Assembly (NCBI GenBank): GCA_964016885.1
Contig: OZ024742.1
Span: forward strand, 352,284,001 to 352,348,000
DNA length: 64,000 nt
Reading direction: 5' to 3'
From: Eledone cirrhosa
Taxonomy: Eukaryota
Shown one piece after another: positions 52,236-64,000 of this stretch. The translations under genes were made by a program, and so were the position numbers. A model generated the notes under the pieces. It had not been told where the DNA came from, made no database searches, and was given only the letters and a program-made list of their open reading frames with translations. Position 1 is the first letter of the stretch. Each line of letters opens with the position of its first letter.

Positions 52236-54040
52236 TCCACCACCAGCACCACCACCACCAACGATAACACCAACACCAACACCACCGCCTCCACCAACAA
52301 TAACACCACCACCAACACCCACAATAACACCACCACCACCACCGACAACAACACCAACACCACCACCAGCAACAATAACACCACCACCACCACCGACAAC
52401 AACACCAACACCACCACCAGCAACAATAACACCACCACCACCACCGACAACAGCACCACCACCGCCACCCCCACCACCACCAACAACAACAACAACAACA
52501 CCACCACTACAAATAACAATAACACCACCACCACCAACAACAACAATAACAACAACAACACCACCACCAGTAACAATAACACCACCACCACCACCGACAA
52601 CAACACCAACGCCACCGCCACCACCAACAATAACACCACCACCACCACCGACGACAACATCAACACCAACACCACCACCACCAACAATAACACCGCACCA
52701 TCGACAACAAAACCACCACCACAACCATCAACAATGACACCACCACCACCGTCAACAACACAACACCACCACCAACAACAACACCACCACCACCACCACC
52801 GACAACAACACCACCACCACCACCGACAACAACACCACCACCAACAACAACACCACCACCACCACCACCGACAACAACACCACCACCACCACCGACAACA
52901 ACACCAACATCACCACCACCATCACCATCAACAATGACACCACCAACACCAACAATAACACCACCACCACCACCGACAACAACACCAACACCACCACCAC
53001 CAACAACACCACCACCACCACCACCACCGACAACAACACCACAACACCGACAACAACACCCACACCACGGACAACAACACCAACACCACCACCACCACCA
53101 ACAATAACACCACCACCACCACCGACAACAACACCACCACCACCACCTACAACAACACCAACACAACCACCAGAAACAATAACACCACTACCACCGACAA
53201 CAACACCAACATCACCACCAACAATAACACCACCACCACCAACAACAATAACACCACCACCTCCAGCAACAATAACACCACCACCACCAGCAACAATGAC
53301 ACCACCACCACCACCGACAACAACACCAACACCACCACCACCAACAATAACACCACAACCACCACCGATAGCAACACCAACACCACAACCACCAACAATA
53401 ACACCACAACCACCACCGACAGCAACAACAACACCACCACCAACAATAACAACACCACCACCACCGACAACAACACCAACACCACCACCACCAACAATAA
53501 CACCGCACCATCGACAACAAAACCACCACCACAACCATCAACAATGACACCACCACCACCGTCAACAACACCAACACCACCACCAACAACAACACCACCA
53601 CCACCACCACCGACAACAACACCACCACCACCACCGACAACAACACCACCACCAACAACAACACCACCACCACCACCACCGACAACAACACCACCACCAC
53701 CACCGACAACAACACCAACACCACCACCACCAACAACACCACCACCACCACCACCACCGACAACAACACCACAACACCGACAACAACACCAACACCACGG
53801 ACAATAACACCAATACCACCACCACCAACAATAACACCACCACGACCACCAACAATAACACCAACACCACCGCCGCCACCAACGATAACACCACCACCAC
53901 CGACAACAACACCAACACCACCACCACCAACAATAACACCACCAACAATAACACCAATACCACCACCACCAACAATAACACCACCACCACCACCAACAAT
54001 AACACCAACACCAACACCACCGCCGCCACCAACGATAACA
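52195..54040. repeat. (ACC/ACA)n low-complexity trinucleotide tract with an internal 810-bp-period duplication
   Basis: Degenerate ACC/ACA triplets. The block at about 52680-52900 recurs at about 53490-53710. Confidence 0.9.
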
Positions 54041-57000
54041 CCACCACCATCAGCAACATAACCACCATCACCACCATCAGCAACATAAACACCATCACCA
54101 TCTTCAGCAACATAAACACCATCACCACCTTTAGCAACATAAACACCATCACCACCTTCAGCAACATAAACACCATCACCATCTTCAGCAACAGAAACAC
54201 CATCACCACCATCAGCAACAGAAACACCATCACCAACATCAGCAACATAAACACCATCACCACCTACAGCAACATAAACACCATCACCACCTTCAGCAAC
54301 AGAAACACCATCACCACCTACAGCAACAGAAACACCATCACCACCTTCAGCAACATAACCACCATCACCACCTACAGCAACATAACCACCATCACCACCT
54401 TCAGCAACATAAACACTATCACCACCATCAGCAACATAACCACCATCACCACCATCAGCAACATAAACACCATCACCACCTACAGCAACATAACCACCAT
54501 CACCACCATCAGCAACATAACCACCATCACCACCTTCAGCAACATAACCACCGTCACCACCTTCAGCAACATAACCACCGTCACCACCTTCAGCAACATA
54601 ACCACCATCGCCAGCATCAGCAACATAAACACCATCACCACCTACAGCAACATAACCACCATCACCACCATCAGCAACAGAAACACCATCACCACCTTCA
54701 GCAACATAACCACCATCGCCAGCATCAGCAACATAAACACCATCACCACCTACAGCAACAGAAACACCATCACCAATATCAGCTACATAAACACCATCAC
54801 CACCATCAGCAACAGAAACACCATCACCACCTTCAGCAACATAACCACCATCGCCAGCATCAGCAACATAAACACCATCACCACCTACAGCAACAGAAAC
54901 ACCATCACCAATATCAGCTACATAAACACCATCACCACCATCAGCAACATAACCACCATCACCAACATCAGCAACATAAACACCATCCCACCTTCAGCAA
55001 CATAAACACCATCACCAGCTTCATCAACATAAACACCATCACCACCATCAGCAAAATAACCACCATCACCACCTTCAGCAACATAAACACCATCAACACC
55101 ATCAGCAACATAACCACCATCACAACCATCAGCAACATAACCACCATCACCAAAATCAGCAAGGGAAACACCATCACCACCTACAGCAACATAAACACCA
55201 TCACCACCTTCAGCAACATAACCACCATCACCACCTTCAGCAACATAAACACCATCACCACATACAGCAACATAACCACCATCACCACCATCAGCAACAT
55301 AACCACCATCACCACCATCAGCAACATAAACACCATCACCAACTTCAGCAACATAAACACCATCACCACCTTCAGCAACATAACCACCATCACCACCTTC
55401 AGCAACATAAACACCATCACCACCTTCAGCAACATAACCACCATCACCACCTTCAGCAACAGAAACACCATCACCACCTTCAGCAACATAACCACCATCA
55501 CCACCAGCAGCAACATAACCACCATCACCACTTTCAGCAACATAACCACCATCACCAACATCAGCAACAGAAACACCATCACCACCTTCAGCAACATAAC
55601 CACCATCACCACCAGCAGCAACATAACCACCATCACCACTTTCAGCAACATAACCACCATCACCAACATCAGCAACAGAAACACCATCACCACCTACAGC
55701 AACATAAACACCATCACCACCTTCAGCAACATAACCACCATCACCACCTTCAGCAACATAAACACCATCACCACATACAGCAACATAACCACCATCACCA
55801 CCAGCAGCAACATAACCACCATCACCACTTTCAGCAACATAACCACCATCACCAACATCAGCAACAGAAACACCATCACCACCTTCAGCAACATAACCAC
55901 CATCACCACCAGCAGCAACATAACCACCATCACCACTTTCAGCAACATAACCACCATCACCAACATCAGCTACATAAACACCATCCCACCTTCAGCAACA
56001 TAAACACCATCACCACCTTCATCAACATAAACACCATCACCACCATCAGCAAAATAACCACCATCACCACCTTCAGCAACATAAACACCATCAACACCAT
56101 CAGCAACATAACCACCATCACAACCATCAGCAACATAACCACCATCACCAAAATCAGCAAGGGAAACACCATCACCACCTACAGCAACATAAACACCATC
56201 ACCACCTTCAGCAACATAACCACCATCACCACCTTCAGCAACATAAACACCATCACCACATACAGCAACATAACCACCATCACCACCATCAGCAACATAA
56301 CCACCATCACCACCATCAGCAACATAAACACCATCACCAACTTCAGCAACATAAACACCATCACCACCTTCAGCAACATAACCACCATCACCACCTTCAG
56401 CAACATAAACACCATCACCACCTTCAGCAACATAACCACCATCACCACCTTCAGCAACAGAAACACCATCACCACCTTCAGCAACATAACCACCATCACC
56501 ACCAGCAGCAACATAACCACCATCACCACTTTCAGCAACATAACCACCATCACCAACATCAGCAACAGAAACACCATCACCACCTTCAGCAACATAACCA
56601 CCATCACCACCAGCAGCAACATAACCACCATCACCACTTTCAGCAACATAACCACCATCACCAACATCAGCAACAGAAACACCATCACCACCTACAGCAA
56701 CATAAACACCATCACCACCTTCAGCAACATAACCACCATCACCACCTTCAGCAACATAAACACCATCACCACATACAGCAACATAACCACCATCACCACC
56801 TTCAGCAACATAAACACCATTACCATCTTCAGCAACAGAAACACCATCACCACCATCAGCAACATAAACACCATCACCACTTTCAGCAACATAAACACCA
56901 TCACCACCTTCAGCAACAGAAACACCATCACCACCTTCAGCAACATAAACACCATCACCATCTTCAGCAACAGAAACACCATCACCACCAACAGCAACAT

Positions 57001-60000
57001 AAACATCATCACCACCTTCAGCAACATAAACACCATCACCACCTTCAGCAACAGAAACACCATCACCACCTTCAGCAACATAAACACCATCACCATCTTC
57101 AGCAACAGAAACACCATCACCACCATCAGCAACATAAACACCATCACCACCTTCAACAACATAAACACCATCACCACCTTCAGCAACAGAAACACCATCA
57201 CCACCTTCAGCAACATAAACACCATCACCATCTTCGGCAACAGAAACACCATCACCATCATCAGCAACATAAACACCATCACCACATTCAGCAACATAAA
57301 CACCATCACCATCTTCAGCAACAGAAACACCATCACCACATTCAGCAACATAAACACCATCACCATCTTCAGCAACAGAAACACCATCACCACCATCAGC
57401 AACAGAAACACCATCACCATCATCAGCAACATAAACACCATCACCACATTCAGCAACATAAACACCATCACCACCTTCAGCAACAGAAACACCATCACCA
57501 CCTTCAGCAACATAAACACCATCACCATCTTCAGCAACAGAAACACCATCACCACCATCAGCAACAGAAACACCATCACCACCTTCAGCAACATAAACAC
57601 AATCACCATCTTCAGCAATAGAAACACTATCACCACCTTCAGCAACATAAACACAATCACCACCTTCAGCAACATAAACACCATCACCACCTTCAGCAAC
57701 AGAAACACCATCACCATCTTCAGCAACAGAAACACCATCACCACCTACAGCAACATAAACACCATCACCACCATCAGCAACATAAACACCATCACCACCT
57801 TCAGCAACATAAACACCATCACCACCATTAGCAACATAAACACCATCACCACCTACAGCAACATAACCACCATCACCACCATCTGCAACATAACCACCAT
57901 CACCACCTTCAGCAACATAACCACCGTCACCACCTTCAGCAACATAACCACCGTCACCACCTTCAGCAACATAACCACCATCACCACCTTCAGCAACATA
58001 AACACCATCACCACCTTCAGCAACATAAACACCATCACCATCTACAGCAACATAACCACCATCACCACCATCAGCAACATAACCACCATCACCACCATCA
58101 GCAACATAAACACCATCACCACCTACAGCAACATAACAACCATCACCACCATCAGCAACATAACCACCATCACCACCTTCAGCAACATAACCACCGTCAC
58201 CACTTTCAGCAACATAACCACCGTCACCACCTTCAGCAACATAACCACCATCGCCAGCATCAGCAACATAAACACCATCACCACCTACAGCAACATAACC
58301 ACCATCACCACCATCAGCAACAGAAACACCATCACCACCTTCAGCAACATAACCACCATCACCAGCATCAGCAACAGAAACACCATCACCAATATCAGCA
58401 ACATAAACACCATCACCACCATCAGCAACATAACCACCATCACCAACATCAGCAACATAAACACCATCACCACCTTCAGCAACATAAACACCATCACCAC
58501 CTTCATCAACATAAACACCATCACCACCATCAGCAAAATAACCACCATCACCACCTTCAGCAACATAACCACCATCACCACCTTCAGCAACATAAACACC
58601 ATCACCACCTTCAGCAACTTAACCACCATCACCACCTTCAGCAACAGAAACACCATCACCACCATCAGCAACATAACCACCATCACCACCAGCAGCAACA
58701 TAACCACCATCACCACCTTCATCAACATAACCACCATCACCACCTTCAGCAACATAAACACCATTACCATCTTCAGCAACAGAAACACCATCACCACCAT
58801 CAGCAACATAAACCCCATCACCACTTTCAGCAACATAAACACCATCACCACCTTCAGCAACAGAAACACCATCACCACCTTCAGCAACATAAAGACCATC
58901 ACCATCTTCAGCAACAAAAACACCATCACCACCATCAGCAACATAAACATCATCACCACCTTCAGCAACATAAACACCATCACCACCTTCAGCAACATAC
59001 ACACCATCACCACCTTCAGCAACATAACCACCATCACCACCTTCAGCAACAGAAACACCATCACCACCATCAGCAACATAACCACCATCACCACCAGCAG
59101 CAACATAACCACCATCACCACCTTCATCAACATAACCACCATCACCACCTTCAGCAACATAAACACCATTACCATCTTCAGCAACAGAAACACCATCACC
59201 ACCATCAGCAACATAAACACCATCACCACCTTCAGCAACATAAACACCATCACCACCTTCAGCAACAGAAACACCATCACCACCTTCAGCAACATAAACA
59301 CCATCACCATCTTCAGCAACAGAAACACCATCACCATCATCAGCAACATAAACACCATCACCACCTTCAGCAACATAAACACAATCACCATCTTCAGCAA
59401 TAGAAACACTATCACCACCTTCAGCAACATAAACACAATCACCACCTTCAGCAACATAATCACCATCACCACCTTCAGCAACAGAAACACCATCACCATC
59501 TTCAGCAACAGAAACACCATCACCACAATCAGCAACATAACCACCATCACCACCAACAGCAACATAAACACCATCACCATCTTCAGCAACATAAACACCA
59601 TCACCACCTTCAGCAACATAAACACCATCACCACCTTCAGCAACATAAACACCATCACCACCTTCAGCAACATAAACACCATCACCATCTTCAGCAACAG
59701 AAACACCATCACCACCATCAGCAACAGAAACACCATCACCAACATCAGCAACATAAACACCATCACCACCTTCAGCAACATAAACACCATCACCACCATC
59801 AGCAACATAACCACCATCACCACCTTCAGCAACATAAACACCATCACCACCTACAGCAACATAAACACTATCACCACCATCAGCAACATAAACACCATCA
59901 CCACCTTCAGCAACATAAACACCATCACCACCATCAGCAACAAAAACACCATCTCCACCTACAGCAACATAACCACCATCACCACCATCAGCAACATAAC

Positions 60001-63000
60001 CACCATCACCACCTTCAGCAACATAAACACCATCACCAGCTTCAGCATCGTAACCACCGTCACCACCTTCAGCAACATAACAACAATCACCAGCCTCAGC
60101 AACATAACCACCATCACCACCATCAACAACAGAAACACCATCACCACCTTCAGCAACATAACCACCATCACCAGCATCAGCAACAGAAACACCATCACCA
60201 ATATCAGCAACATAAACACCATCACCACCTTCAGCAACATAACCACCATCACCACCATCAGCAACATAACCACCATCACCAACATCAGCAACATAAACAC
60301 CATCACCACCTTCAGCAACATAAACACCATCACCACCTTCAGCAACATAAACACCATCACCACCATCAGCAAAATAACCACCATCACCACCTTCAGCAAC
60401 ATAAACACCATCACCACCATCAGCAATATAACCACCATCACAACCATCAGCAACATAACCACCATCACCACCTTCAGCAACATAAACACCATCACCACCT
60501 TCAGCAACATAAACACCATCACGACCTACAGCAACAGGAACACCATCACCACCATCAGCAACACATACACCATCACCACCATCAGCAACAGTCACACCAT
60601 CACCACCATCATCAACATAAACACCATCACCACCTACAGCAACATAACCACCATCACCACCTTCAGCAACAGAAACACCGTCACCACCTTCAGCAACAGA
60701 AACACCATCACCATCATCAGCAACATAACCACCATCACCATCTTCAGTAACATAAACACCATCACCACCATCAGCACCAGAAACACCATCACCACATTCA
60801 GCAAGAGAAACACCATCACCATCATCAGCAACATAAACACCATCACCACCATCTGCAACAGAAACACCATCACCACCTTCAGCAACATAAACACCATCAC
60901 CACCTACAGCAACATAACCACCATCACCAACATCAGCAACATAACCACCATCACCACCATCAGCAACATAAACACCATCACCAACTTCAGCAACATAAAC
61001 ACCATCACCACCTTCAGCAACATAAACACCATCACCACCTACAGCAACATAACCACCATCACCAACATCAGCAACATAACCACCATCAGCAACATAAACA
61101 CCATCACCAACTTCAGCAACATAAACACCATCACCACCTTCAGCAACATAAACACCATCACCACCTTCAGCAACATAAACACCATCACCACCTACAGCAA
61201 CATAACCACAATCACCACCTTCAGCAACATAAATACCATCACCACCATCAGCAACATAAACACCATCACCACCATCAGCAACAGAAACACCATCACCAAC
61301 TTCAGCAACAGAAACACCATCACCAACATCAGCAACATAACCACCATCACCACCAGCAGCAATAGAAACACCATCACCACCATCAGCAACAGAAACACCA
61401 TCACCACCATTAGCAACAGAAACACCATCGCCACCAGCAGCAAATAACCACCATAACCACCTACAGCAACATAACCACCATCACCACCTTCAGCAACATA
61501 ACCACCGTCACCACCTTCAGCAACATAACCACCGTCACCACCTTCAGCAACATAACCACCATCACCACCTTCAGCAACATAAACACCATCACCACCTTCA
61601 GCAACATAAACACCATCACCATCTACAGCAACATAACCACCATCACCACCATCAGCAACATAACCACCATCACCACCATCAGCAACATAAACACCATCAC
61701 CACCTACAGCAACATAACAACCATCACCACCATCAGCAACATAACCACCGTCACCACCTTCAGCAACATAACCACCGTCACCACCTTCAGCAACATAACC
61801 ACCATCGCCAGCATCAGCAACATAAACACCATCACCACCTACAGCAACATAACCACCATCACCACCATCAGCAACAGAAACACCATCACCACCTTCAGCA
61901 ACATAACCACCATCACCAGCATCAGCAACAGAAACACCATCACCAATATCAGCAACATAAACACCATCACCACCATCAGCAACATAACCACCATCACCAA
62001 CATCAGCAACATAAACACCATCACCACCTTCAGCAACATAAACACCATCACCACCTTCATCAACATAAACACCATCACCACCATCAGCAAAATAACCACC
62101 ATCACCACCTTCAGCAACATAACCACCATCACCACCTTCAGCAACATAAACACCATCACCACCTTCAGCAACATAACCACCATCACCACCTTCAGCAACA
62201 GAAACACCATCACCACCATCAGCAACATAAACACCATCACCACCAGCAGCAACATAACCACCATCAGCACCTTCATCAACATAACCACCATCACCACCTT
62301 CAGCAACATAAACACCATTACCATCTTCAGCAACAGAAACACCATCACCACCATCAGCAACATAAACCCCATCACCACTTTCAGCAACATAAACACCATC
62401 ACCACCTTCAGCAACAGAAACACCATCACCACCTTCAGCAACATAAACATCATCACCACCTTCAGCAACATAAACACCATCACCACCTTCAGCAACATAC
62501 ACACCATCACCACCTTCAGCAACATAACCACCATCACCACCTTCAGCAACAGAAACACCATCACCACCAATCAGCAACATAACCACCATCACCACCAGCA
62601 GCAACATAACCACCATCACCACCTTCATCAACATAACCACCATCACCACCTTCAGCAACATAAACACCATTACCATCTTCAGCAACAGAAACACCATCAC
62701 CACCATCAGCAACATAAACACCATCACCACCTTCAGCAACATAAACACCATCACCACCTTCAGCAACAGAAACACCATCACCACCTTCAGCAACATAAAC
62801 ACCATCACCATCTTCAGCAACAGAAACACCATCACCATCATCATCAACATAAACACCATCACCACCTTCAGCAACATAAACACCATCACCACCTTCAGCA
62901 ACATAAACACCATCACCACCTACAGCAACATAACCACAATCACCACCTTCAGCAACATAAATACCATCACCACCATCAGCAACATAAACACCATCACCAC

Positions 63001-64000
63001 CATCAGCAACAGAAACACCATCACCAACTTCAGCAACAGAAACACCATCACCAACATCAGCAACATAACCACCATCACCACCAGCAGCAATAGAAACACC
63101 ATCACCACCATCAGCAACAGAAACACCATCACCACCATTAGCAACAGAAACACCATCGCCACCAGCAGCAAATAACCACCATAACCACCTACAGCAACAT
63201 AACCACCATCACCACCATCAGCAACATAACCACCGTCACCACCTTCAGCAACATAACCACCGTCACCACCTTCAGCAACATAACCACCATCACCACCTTC
63301 AGCAACATAAACACCATCACCACCTTCAGCAACATAAACACCATCACCATCTACAGCAACATAACCACCAACACCACCATCAGCAACATAACCACCATCA
63401 CCACCATCAGCAACATAAACACCATCACCACCTACAGCAACATAACAACCATCACCACCATCAGCAACATAACCACCATCACCACCTTCAGCAACCTAAC
63501 CACCGTCACCACCTTCAGCAACATAACCACCGTCACCACCTTCAGCAACATAACCACCATCGCCAGCATCAGCAACATAAACACCATCACCACCTACAGC
63601 AACATAACCACCATCACCACCATCAGCAACAGAAACACCATCACCACCTTCAGCAACATAACCACCATCACCAGCATCAGCAACAGAAACACCATCACCA
63701 AATTCAGCAACATAAACACCATCACCACCATCAGCAACATAACCACCATCACCAACATCAGCAACATAAACACCATCACCACCTTCAGCAACATAAACAC
63801 CATCACCACCTTCATCAACATAAACACCATCACCACCATCAGCAAAATAACCACCATCACCACCTTCAGCAACATAACCACCATCACCACCTTCAGCAAC
63901 ATAAACACCATCACCACCTTCAGCAACATAACCACCATCACCACCTTCAGCAACAGAAACACCATCACCACCATCAGCAACATAACCACCATCACCACCA
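54040..64000. repeat. 27-bp minisatellite (CAGCAACATAAACACCATCACCACCTT variants), about 10 kb, with higher-order repeats; runs off the right edge
   Basis: Continuous 27-bp periodicity. Duplicated blocks have periods 998 (54968/55966) and 1728 (61192/62920). Confidence 0.95.

Noticed and set aside
52158-54263. Mucin/extensin-like Pro-Thr and Gly-Val ORFs
   Set aside because: They are translations of ACC/ACA repeats with frameshifts, with no signal peptide or splice context.

Overview
AT-rich, microsatellite-dense eukaryotic DNA with no recognisable host gene. The repeat content suggests a cephalopod (Octopus-like) genome, which is an inference. The window is almost entirely mobile DNA: the 5' end of a hAT (Buster/Charlie) transposon, several Penelope-like elements (PLEs, GIY-YIG), one near-full RTE LINE plus an RTE 3' fragment, CRE and R4/Dong fragments, two Tx1/L1-clade LINEs, tRNA-derived SINEs, and about 12 kb of ACC-rich simple repeat and 27-bp minisatellite. 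The hidden signal is RNA structure. By eye I find about 13 intact or near-intact type I hammerhead ribozyme (HHR) motifs plus many degenerate or half copies. The main candidate system is a non-coding 525-bp tandem array (23443-27799). Each unit carries a minus-strand HHR with a palindromic helix III. The array sits in (TA)n and ends in a twin-priming-type inversion, so it resembles a retrozyme copied from multimeric or circular RNA. Two unrelated families carry HHRs with the compensatory U3-A8 core (UUGAUAA, UUGAGAA), which CUGANGA-pattern searches miss. Several insertions break or fold back inside HHR helix II. All structures were folded by hand and none is experimentally tested. Element boundaries are approximate.
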